From Eukaryota sp. GEM-RC1 (taxonomy: Eukaryota): 64,000 nucleotides of DNA. Where the stretch lies: NCBI GenBank assembly GCA_040285855.1, contig JAUFOQ010000002.1, positions 310,001-374,000 of the forward strand. Reading direction: 5' to 3'. The position numbers were made by a program, and so were the translations under genes. Below the pieces are notes generated by a model. That model was not told the origin of the DNA, ran no database searches, and saw only the letters and a program-made list of their open reading frames with translations. Of the stretch, positions 1-10,975 are shown piece by piece. Position 1 is the first letter of the stretch; each line of letters opens with the position of its first letter.

Positions 1-1662
1 CACATCTTTTCTCCTCTTCTAAGCACTCGTTTAACACGTCTAAGACAACGTCCAAAACACCTTCCACTTCTGAATATTTTAAATTATTGGTCAAGTTGGG
101 AGAGTCGTCGCTTGCTGTTCAAACCATACTTCAGACATATTCTCGAACAAGTCGACAGTTTCTAATCAATTCTAGACTGTCCTCTTCATTTGTTCTTCCT
201 CAATCGCTAACGTCGTTGATTGAGAAGTCGGGGTCAGATATTGAGCTCCTTCCTAGTTTGTATTGGTGCGTTTTTAAAGTGTGTAGACTGTTGCAGTTCA
301 CTGGAAAAGAAATGCTTCGATTAAAGAAAGATCAGAATTGTATTAATCAATCAGATTTGATTTTGATGACGTCCTGGATTGGAACGACTGGAAGACGATT
401 GTTAATGGAGCTCATTCCCACTGCTCGTCTCGGTCACAATTCCACGTCATGCAATCACATTTTGAACGTATTTTTGACTTTTTATATTTGCAGGATTTGA
501 TGTTTCCACCAACGAGTTTATTGACTTTAATGTCGATTGTTTGGTTCAGGTTTTTAGTATAATCAAACAACCAATCATTTTTGATGGAATCGCGTCGTTT
601 CTACGTAACCAAGATTTACAAAATTTTAGATTTTTCAATTTGAACCACCACTGTAAAAATTTAAAACATGTCAATTCTGAACCATTTGATGTGCTGAAAA
701 AACACGTATTCTTGTGTGATAAGTTTCTGTCTATATTTACTGTTATCGACACATTGGTAGGTGTTTTATTGAATTTGAATGATTTTAATTCTCGTTTTTA
801 TTTTATTTTATTTGCATCACTGAAACAATTGTTCAAATCTGTTCTTGATGGTATTTATTCAATTTTCCCTTCAAAATCCAACAGAAATTTAGAAATCTTC
901 CATGCTTTCTTTACACTTTCCGTCTGGATTGCCCATCTTTTCCCATCATTAGTCGAAGTTGCCTTTAGCCAACAAACTGATCATTCAGACCAATCAGATT
1001 TGATTGACGAGAACGCTGATCCTGTCGTGGTGCCAAGTATTGTTGATTATCTGTGTCCCAATCATTTAGCTCCAGTCATATTTAATTTACAGCCAACAGC
1101 TCAGCAAAAGTCTATAGAAGATCCCAGAATTCATAAAGTTCTACCACTGGCAACTAATTCATTAATTGAAGTTCTGCTTCATCGAACATTAGTGCAAAAA
1201 TTCGATTGGGGTCGAAAAATTATTGAAATTTCTGAAAATGTTGAAAGTATTTCAAATTTATATCCTTCAATTATTTCGAGGGATGTTGTGCGAGATTTTG
1301 TCTTGACTTTAGATGCTATACCACGATTTCATTTAATTAGTTTGTACGTGTTTAAAAGAAGTGTTTTTGAAATGTTTTCAAAATTTCAAGAACCCAAATT
1401 TTTAAATAACTTTACAAAGGTGTCAACTGTAACTATTCATCAAATTTTACTGGATTTTAACTATCTTAAAGCTGTATTTTGGTCTATTCTACCAAATGGT
1501 TTTTCAATCAAACCTTTAAGTGATGTATTTGTACGCGTTCATGTCGATCATCAGGTTAAAAACTCTCAGGTTTCTTCTCCTTTGCCAGACGAATCATGGT
1601 TCAGTGATCGAGTCAAAGTTGCATTGGATGACGTCTCCTTTCCTGATTTGTCCACATCGTAA
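1..1662 (+). CDS. 3' part of an uncharacterised protein gene (probably starts before the window); probable intron 468-493 and a probable frameshift near 345
   Basis: 373-aa ORF 541-1662. Removing GTATTTTTGACTTTTTATATTTGCAG (26 nt) extends its frame upstream (..MQSHFE-R-FDVSTNEF..). No family recognised. Confidence 0.45.
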
Positions 1663-2384
1663 TTGCTATTTTTCTAAATCTAGATGTAATTTGAATTTTT
1701 GTTGTGTATATTTATTTGTGTTTCTGATTTGGTTTTCTTCTCTTGAACCTTCTATAAACAAGTTTTGACCGTAATTTTCTAGTTAAAAATCCTGAAGTTG
1801 CAGGTTTTTTCTGTGAACTCAATTGACTTTTAAATAATTTTGTTTTCACTAGGTGGCATAAAAATTCAATAGTCTTGAGTTCCAGAAGTCAATATAGTGC
1901 TGCTAAACGACTTCATGTACTCAGCAAAGGTAAGATTGAATTGTAGCAGGAAGTGCACTCGTATCCTTTCCAATCAAAAATAAAAGCTAAAGTTAATGGT
2001 ACTTAATAATTTTAACTTACATTTAAAACTTACATGTGTGTCACGTTCGGATAACAGTTCATTGCCGTGTGAATTGTCATTACCACATTGTAAAAACCCT
2101 ATAGTACACACTTTTGCACAACCAAAGAGTGAGTCTTTGGTCTAGATTGTTATTAAAGTCAAAGTTTATTTCGAAAAATTACTGCATTCTGTTTACTCCA
2201 GAAACTGAATATAATCATACAAAAACATTGTCTGTATATGAGTTACAGGAAATCAAATGACATCACAATTTTCCTGTTCATGACCGTACACAGGTTCCTG
2301 GTCACTGGAAGTTTATCTACTTTTCTTCGTATGAACGTGAGATATAATTGTAAGGTACAACGAGATAGAACTACTGAAGTCCTA

Positions 2385-5300
2385 TCAGGATGACGTGAAA
2401 AGACTGAGATTGCGTACCTTCCTGCCATTTCCAAGGTCATACACGGGGCCAATTTCAAAGCTTTCGATGTACACATGATCATAATCACCTGTAAGTTCAA
2501 TGGCAGTATCCAAAAAGTCCATCACATCACGTCGAGTTGGATTAGTGACAACCCCCTGTTCATCAGCACGATCAAACTGCAAACCAGGAGTATTAGAGGA
2601 GGCTTCATGTACCACGAGAATAAAGTTACCAATGACCACTACCTGGTTAGCTTTTTTTTCGAAATCTTCTGGGTTGATGGGGTTGCCGTCATCATCACAG
2701 ACACTGTCTTCATCCGCTTGACTAGCCTCGATATCAACAACTGACCAGACGGCATACTTATTGCCGAGTGTACTCTGTAGTTGATCGTTGGATTGATTGT
2801 CATCGGACTGATTGTCATCAATGGAGTGCTGAGACAGGCCATCTTGATCTATTTGTTCGTCTGGTTCAACCTCCACAACAATGGGGAGAATATCTGGAAC
2901 TAAGTTTTCAAGATTCGGCGGTTCTTGGTCTTCTGCGGTAAACGTCAACACCTCAGAAAGCTCTTGACATTGTAGTGATGTGGTAGAATGCTTGTCATCT
3001 GGTTTCTGCGATCCAAATTTTAAAATTCCCAATACCCCAAATATGACTAGAATTACTATCAACAAGACGATGCCAAGTATCAGGAAATATTCAGAAGAAT
3101 CTTCTTCAAATTCAGCAGAGAACACAAGATCAGCTTGTACATCTTGAATTGTTCGGGGATTGTCCACAATCTCATCGTTCCATTGAATAAAAACATAGCT
3201 ATGATCAGAAATAGCTGTAACAATCAGAGAGTCTCCATGTTAGACTTGTTGAGAACCTTGCGGATCAGTAGAACCTCCAACGGAACTTTGAATATCGATA
3301 GTGTAGACAACAAGTGTAAATTCGGGGGAAATAGCAAGATCAGCTTGTACGTCATCAATTGTTCGAGGATTTTCGTCATTTGTGTCACTCCATTGAATAA
3401 AAACATAGCCATGGTCAGGAATAGCTGTAACAATCAGAGAGTCTCCATGTGCGACTTGTTGAGAACCTTGCGGATCAGTAGAACCTCCAACGGAACTTTG
3501 AATGTCAACAGAATAAGTTTTTAATTGAAAGAAAGCTTCAGCTGTGGTGTTTCCATGTACATTCTTTATAACAAGAGGATCTGAGGTCAATACGTCAGTA
3601 CCATTAATCAGCCAATATGATAGTTCATAACCAAACACGGGATTGACATGTATCTCATTGCTATCAGAATTGATTGCCACTAATTGAACAGGATCTGATT
3701 CAAGACTACCATGAGCAGTGTCGTTTACAGTCAAAAACACATAGACTGCAGGGAAAACTTGCAAGTTATCAACATACAAACAATCACATCCCACAATAGA
3801 ATTGGAAAATTTAAAATATGCAATGTAGACAACACTTTCTGCATCTGGAGCTTGAAGTTGCATTTTCTGCCAACCAACCCAACCAGTGATTGCAGCAATC
3901 ACGTCATCATTAAGAAAAAGAACACCAAAATTCTCATCTACGTCACTTTCAACCTTCCAATCAAATTTGACAACTGATGGGCTATCAATGAACAGATTAA
4001 GAGAGGAAACACGTTCATCAGCAGTAATAAATCCAGATCGAGCGGAAAACACGCCAGTAACACGTTCAACAGAAGTTCCAAATCAATGTCCAACAGTTGA
4101 TGAATTAAGGACACAATTACTAAGCTGACAATCAAAATTAATTGATGACTCGATCTCATTACGATATCTAGCTACAACAGGGATTGTTATACCCAATGAT
4201 CTCACTGCATCACCTTCTTCTTCATCCCCCGTAGCCACTCCTCCATGAGTCAACTGAGGGTTAGAGAAAACAGGAACTCCAGTGCTAGTTCTACCATTGT
4301 CGAAGAAAGAACCATGGGAATAGCTCATGATTGAGTTATACCAATTACTGCCACTAGTTTCCCACCTCCACCCAGCACTGTAAGCAAAGATTCCAGGTCC
4401 TGGTTGGAAATTCTGTTCAATAGAATGACCCAGACCTAGATTATGACCAAGTTCATGAGTGAAAACATCAGTACGAGTAGCATACTGCACGGAAGTGACA
4501 GAGAAAGAAAAGAAAGGAAAACCTTGCGTTGTTGTCAAAAGCCAAGCTACACCAGCAGAACTACTAGTGGTATCGTGAGTCCAAAGAGCAACTAGATCAG
4601 CAGAGTATCTGGATCTTATATCATGAACTTCTTCCATAAAGTAACCACCACTTCGAGCTTCCCAACCAAAGGGATCGTAGGCTCTGTGGAAAGTTACTCG
4701 TTCAAGGTCAGTACACATGTTTCCTGATTCAGAATAGGCAACTTCCTGATAGTGGACAAGGTTAACACTACCGGTAACACCGCTATCTTCTAGAGAATCC
4801 ATGGTGTTAGAAACAGATATTGCGAGAATGTTGTTCAAGCCTCCATTGTTGTTGGCCCATGTTCTAGCAGCAGGAGTGTAAACAATAAGAAGATCTATGG
4901 TACTTTGAGAGTTTTGAGAGGAGTGACGTTCAGGTAAAGAAGAAGAAAACAAATCTAAATCTTTATTTGAATTAGGAGGTGAGAGAGTTTCACAAGAGCG
5001 TTTCTGTAGTGATGATTGATGCTTGGTAATTAGATAATAAGAAGTGTCAGGAACTGATTTTACAGTGAATGACTGGTCTAATTCAGGAATAGAACACGTT
5101 AAAAGAACAGTGTTGTGACAGTAGGACATTGTGAACGAAGAAAGTGGAAGGTTATTGATGGAACCACGGACTGTTGTTGTACCAGGGATTGGACTCGACA
5201 CTCGTCGCACAGTTGATGAATAAGATTCGGAAGGGAAGAAATTCATTGAGAGATGAGATGAGATCGCTGGAGGATGATACAGAGTGTGTTCGGATAGGAG

Positions 5301-5432
5301 CGCGTAAGAGAACTTAACAAGAGATTCATCATGCTCTTGAAAATGAAGGGATAACGGGATGTCATCAACGTGATGTTCTACTAAATGCAATGCACGGCAG
5401 ACAATGAACAAAAGAAGAAGGTACTTAAACAT
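2385..5432 (-). pseudogene. Secreted/membrane-anchored reprolysin-like (M12B-type) zinc metalloprotease with bacterial-type beta-sandwich and InlB-B/Flg_new-like repeats, a TM helix and a cytoplasmic tail; one frame with two in-frame stops
   Basis: Signal peptide MFKYLLLLFIVC, HELGHNLGLGH zinc motif and SIMSY Met-turn. ORFs 4083-5432, 3240-4052 and 2385-3167 share one frame, separated only by TGA (4083-4085) and TAA (3240-3242). TM segment FLILGIVLLIVILVIFGVLGIL. Confidence 0.75.
3115..3520 (-). repeat. Two tandem 210-bp (70-aa) domain repeats inside the protease gene
   Basis: GAACCTTGCGGATCAGTAGAACCTCCAACGGAACTTTGAAT occurs at 3253 and 3463. Peptide IQSSVGGSTDPQGSQQV..HGDSLIVTAI is repeated. 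Confidence 0.9.
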
Positions 5433-5720
5433 TGGAGTCTAAGGGATCACAGAACAAGTCTTGAAAGCATAGATGAGAAAAACTACCAGACTATACTTTT
5501 AATTCTATTTCGAAGTACTTTTAAAATCTCACTGTTTTATAAATTAGTCTGGAGTGTACTGTTTCAGTTAATTTGAATATGGCATAGGATCCAAAATTTT
5601 GAATAAAATACCGCGTATTCCACACTACAAATGCAACGTCAGCTTTTGGATGTACTCAGCAGATTAAATGCCTTGTTGTTTCCAGCAAACATTTGTTTTG
5701 TGTGTTTAGTCTAACTCGAC

Positions 5721-5759
5721 AAGCTTTTGGCTGATACACAGTGTATCAGCCAAAAGCTT
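5721..5759. repeat. Perfect 19-bp inverted repeat with 1-nt spacer
   Basis: AAGCTTTTGGCTGATACAC-A-GTGTATCAGCCAAAAGCTT. Confidence 0.95.
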
Positions 5760-6316
5760 TCCCCTAACTTTCTTGTTCTTAAGGATAGCTAGAGACGGTA
5801 CATACAACATGATAATGTTGCAAATATTCATCACTATTCCAAAATGTTCTTTGTTCTTGTCAACACAGTCAACACATTTTTCCCGATTTTTGGCATCTGT
5901 AAAGCTGATTTACTTTGGAAACGCTGTTTTAGGACGTGATTGAATTGGATAAGAAAACGAAGAAGTCGACAAACATGTGACACAACATGTGCTTCACTAG
6001 CAAAAACAAACGACTCTTTGTCGTTTATCATTCAACAGAACAAGAAGCTGCGGCCAGTTGAAGCCTGAATTAGGAGAAAGTGTATACAAATGTCTAGGAA
6101 AATGAAAAATTGTCAGAAATTCGCTTCAACAAAATCATTTTTGAGTTCTTAGTAGTCTATACTCAGTTTGTAGAACAAAAGTTATGGTGATGATGTAGAC
6201 AAAAACGATACCAATTATTTGATTTTCTTAACAATCAGTTTGGTCCAAATTCTACTTCATTGAGTATTAAAAAATTGGCGAAATCTTTTCCAATTTAATT
6301 TTGAGGTCAATATTCT

Positions 6317-6560
6317 TTGGCACTTTCTCTCTTAGACGGTACTGAACCTGCCGCTTATTCTGATGATACTATCTGTAAATTTGAAGATCTTCACCCTTCT
6401 GAAATTCTTTATATTTTCTATTCCAATTTCATTTCTTTCAATTCTTCTTTTATTGGAAATCCTTTTACTTCAGTCGAAGTGATAAAGTGTATCAAAAAAT
6501 TCCCTCTGGTCGTGCTGCTGGCCCATCTGGTTTGAGCTTCGACCATTTGAAAAAAAGCTG
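6317..6560 (+). mobile_element. Degenerate reverse-transcriptase remnant of a CRE-like non-LTR retrotransposon
   Basis: AAYSDDT resembles YxDD. Across a frameshift, FTSVEVIKCIKK-FPSGRAAGPSGLSFDHLK resembles the N-terminal RT motif of non-LTR elements. Confidence 0.6.
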
Positions 6561-6753
6561 TTAATTGTATTTACTGTTTTCTTATTGGTTCTTCACCATT
6601 TGAGTTCATTTTCGAAGGACACTCTACCTATACCAGTTTCCATTTATAGTGTCGATGCAATTTAGTTTTTCAGTTTCATTGGTAATGGCAATCAAATTTG
6701 TTTGAAATTGGATCAGTCATCGGAAAAAATTTCTGTAAAGCTTAAGCAGATGG

Positions 6754-7242
6754 GTGAGCTCAAAATTGGTCCCCACAAAACATAATGTGGAATTTTTGGC
6801 GACAGGAGCTGAAGAGTCAGGCACATGTGGAATTTTGGAGTATATTTCAAAAAACGACATGTCTAACACGTTGTTCATTAATTTAGATAATCTGGAAAAA
6901 GGAAATTTGTTTGTTACAACTTCCGAAGGTATTCTTAAAAAGTATCAGGTCAATCAAAAATTGTTGAAATCTGTTGAAGTTTTGATTAATGAGAATTGCC
7001 CAAAAATTGAAACTGCCCCGTACCATCTCTTAACTACTGATGCTGCGCCTTTGCTGGCTAGGGGAGCTTTGGCATTGAGCGTAATGGCCAAAGATGATAA
7101 GGGAAACCTGCCTAATTGGCATTGGAAAAGTGATACGATTGAGAATGTGGACGAAGGCAACATTGTCGAAGCAGCTGAATTTGTGGAGAAATTAGTTTTG
7201 GTTCTAGACTCTGTACTTCCTTCTTTTCTCTTGAAGAAATAG
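6754..7242 (+). pseudogene. C-terminal fragment of an M28-family metallopeptidase
   Basis: Motifs ATGAEESG, FINLDNL, TTDA and NWHWKSDT are typical of the M28 C-terminal half. No ATG or N-terminal half is visible. Confidence 0.65.
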
Positions 7243-7652
7243 CGGAGAAATAGGATATTGTATTATAAATGATTCTTCTTTGTGCACAGTTCATTCTGGA
7301 TATAGATTGATGACGTGACTAGCTCGTGTCCAACTAAAGTATACCCTGGACTTAGTACCCTATTGACAGACCTTAAATCGAGGATGTGCTGTATTTTTGC
7401 TATTTCATCAAATATTTTGAAATTTTCTCCCCTGACAAACAGTGTCATTTAGAGTGAGTCTCGAAGTGACTACTTAAATCAATTGTCTAAATCATTATCA
7501 AGCTCTCAATTTCTTGAGGCAAATATTTCAAACACTTGTAACATATTCGTGCGTCATACAATCTGTACGGTTCTAATGAAAGAAAATGTGTACATTCCAT
7601 CTCCATTTATTAACAACAAAAGAATTCATATTTATATTACATAATATATAAG

Positions 7653-10600
7653 TTATTCAAAGACAAAATCAACTGTTACTAGTGAGACTCCAAAGTGCGA
7701 AGTAAAATAAAGTAAAACTCTGTGAAATCCTGATTCAAGTTCAGAAAAGGAAATAGTGACTGGTACATTTCCAGAATTAGAAGGTGGTATTGATTGACTA
7801 TCACAAGAAACTTTTACCATGTCTACAATTTCTTCCTTCGATCCATGAATAGAATACTTAAGTAGGCTTAATTCAACTTCACAATTATTAAAATTTTGAA
7901 CACTGAATTCCACGACGATTGAATTGTTCTCAAGGTCTGATTGTTTGAATTGTTGACGAGCATTTTTGAATTCTATTGGTTGATCAGCAGACGGTTTCAT
8001 GAAATCAAAACCAAACATATCATTTAACTTTGAAAAAATGACAACTTCGTCTGCGGTTGGAGTATTTTTGAAATATTCAGAAACTTTAGATTCAATGACC
8101 AACTTTGGTTCTCTTGAACAACTTCCTCTTCTTCAACATCTTTGTTGAAAAAGGAAGTTCTTTTGGTGGTTGACCAACTCCTGACTCATCAAAAACAGAC
8201 TTAACAGTAGAAAAGTCTAGTAATTTTTGAAAATTGAAAGTAGAAACATTACTATTTAGATACTTTACAGGACTTAGAGTAGACAAGAGAGCTGGTAGAA
8301 AAGAGGTTACGTGATTGGAAAACAATAGCTCAAAATTAGTCGATGGATTCTCAACCATTAGAGAACACTTTAGGCATGAGTCCGTTAAGAAATAGAAAGA
8401 GTTGTTGCAGAAATTATCAAGGTAATTGACAAAGGGATCAATAAATTCGTAAATTTTGGATTCTTCGAAATAAATTAAACGTGGAAGAGTTACAGTGCTT
8501 ACAACCATATCTTTAGAGAAATTGAAAAACTTTCCGTATTTTAGATCAAACTTTGAAAAGTCAGTGTTTTGCTTATGGAAAACATGTTTCACCAATTGTC
8601 CAGCAGAAATCTCTTCTTCATCTTCTTCTTCTGCCTTCTTCTCGGTTTCATTGCCATCTTCCTTTTCCTCTTCCTTCTCTACTTCTTCCATTAAGAGCTC
8701 AGATGTTGATAGCTCAAAATCTTTAGACACGACGTATAAACTATCGGCGTAATCTCGGAATTTTAAAATATCTTCAGAATTGAAAAGAACATTCCTGGTA
8801 AGATTTCGTGATCAATAGCAGATGAACCCTTGGTGAAAGAATAACGATCGTTAAAAAGGTCGAAATGATTATCAACAAAATAAGTATTTAAATTTTGAGT
8901 AATTGAAAGTGAACCAAATGGATTCTGCAAAGCAACTTTTGTGAAATCAAAGTCTACTTTTTGGAAATCTGAAAAATAAACAATTTTTGAAAAGTCAGGC
9001 AATAGTGCTACAGTTCCAATAAATTTCTTTCCACCACCAACAACATTTGAAAAATAGAAACAAATTGAGCTGAAAAAATTCAAATTTTCCGGTTCTAGTT
9101 CCCACAAAACGGCGTGAGTAATCGCTGAGATAGATACATTCTTAAAAAGTATTGAATTATCAATTATATGACTAAACTTTGAATCAGCTTTCACATCTTG
9201 AATTGAGAAAATAGAAAGTCTGGTTCCTGTCGAATCCTGAACAATATTAAAATTTTCAAAATTTGGAACTGTGTAGAACGAGATTAATTTAGAATTTACA
9301 AGTAGCGACCCATTTTCAAAAACTTTAGAAACCTCTTCATCTGTTAAATTTTTAAAATAATTGTCCTTAAAAGAACCATCAACTAAACTTTGAACATTAA
9401 GTGTACCTTCAAAAGGATTTCCATCACAGGAAATCTCCTGGCTGGACCAGAAAAACCTGGCAACTTTACCAGATTTAGATTTTTGAATAATTCCGTCTTG
9501 ATTAAATTCTATGGCATATCCAGAAGCCAAAGAAACATTCAAAGAAAACTCATTGTCAGTCTTGTTAATAACAGTAGAACAACATGACCCGTCTTTAAAA
9601 CCTGCAAAAGATTAGTCAAATTAGAACGAGAAAGACAAACTCCGGTTCCAGTCTTAATCATAATTGATTGATCAGATTTTCTGATTGTAATTGAAGATTG
9701 TCCGATTGTTTCCACTGAAACTTCCTGTATACACGGTAGGTTGCCTAAACCAGAGAAGCTTTGAGTTTTACTCACGTCATCATCTTCATCGTGATTGTCA
9801 CCTTCACTTTGTTGAGAATCATAGTAAACTTGCAACGATGCGGGAACTAAATTTGAAAAATATTCAGCAAAATTAAAAGTTTCTTCTCTTATTGATCCAG
9901 ATTCTCCAATAAAACAGGAATTACCAGGAAAAATTATAAAATTACCAGGACAATACTGAGAATTTTTAAATTTTGGAACAACAGAAAGAGACACTTCGTC
10001 TAAAATTAAAGAAGTTAAGGAGTCGTGTTCTTGGACAAAGTTGAAGGATTTAAATAATTCAGCAGATTTAGGAGCAAAATTCAAAATTTCAGTAAATTCC
10101 AATGGTGTTATAAACACACTTGGAACAGAACTCGGTTCCATGTCTGAATTCTTAGCCAAATATTTAATAATTTGCTTTCCATCATTTGAAAAGCTGTTGA
10201 AACGTCCATACTGTTTAGAAATTTGATTTTTAACACCTTCAAAATCACAACTAAAATCAACAGAAATATCTTGACTAACTTGACTAATCATAGCTTCCAT
10301 AATCAAAAAGAGATCATTTGCAGAAGGTTCAACTTGACCAAGAATATAATCGTATATTGATCGATCAAAATGAGGTTCACAAGAGGGAACTATGAGCGAT
10401 GACTCAACTAATATCCAATAAGAATCCCGTACCAAAGAGAGCTGATTGTGAAGAGAAGAGAAGTTAGAGGGTGATGGAGAGACCGCAGGCTCAAGGTGAT
10501 GGAGGATAGTGTCAGAACGTGATGACAGGAAGGATTGAAGTGAAGACGTGACTTCTGAGGGAATGTTGGAATGCAGGAGGAAGAAAGAAAAGATCTAGTG

Positions 10601-10895
10601 AAGTGACTAATTCTGAAAGTCTGGAGGATAGAGAGTCGGGAGTAAGAGGTAGAGATAGACAATTCAGGAGAAGTATCGGAGTAGTGGGAGGAGATTCGTC
10701 AAGATAATGTTTTAAGAGGTTAGCATATGCTGAATCATCGATGTTTGTACCTTTAAAGGTAGTGTATAGTGGATGAGATTTGGTTGTACCAGCAGTTGAA
10801 GCAAGTTTATCAATAAACACGGGTGTAAGAGTACCCTCCTCTTGAAAGGAAGTATCACTGACTGTTTCCAGGGAAACATACAGTGTGTGTAGCAT
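7653..10895 (-). CDS. Large (~1050 aa) protein split into five ORFs by frameshifts plus one intron (9602-9640); C-terminal Ig-like/ASH(PapD-like) domain, tentatively PF6/SPAG17-like
   Basis: ORFs 10512-10895, 9539-10435, 8763-9542, 8092-8730 and 7653-8102 abut or overlap, and each downstream frame is open upstream of its annotated start. Intron GTTTGT..GACTAATCTTTTGCAG. Family call is weak. Confidence 0.55.
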
Positions 10896-10975
10896 TTTGG
10901 TAGTGTCAGTTCACAACTATACAAGAACAAAAAAAAATAGAAGCAACTTTACTTAAACTTAAACGTTCAAAACTT

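Noticed and set aside
4083..4085. Genome-wide TGA=Trp or TAR=Gln recoding suggested by in-frame stops
   Set aside because: Conserved genes end at the expected positions with TAA (tubulin, H2A, H2B), TAG (H3, H4) and TGA (UTP14), and Trp is encoded by TGG.
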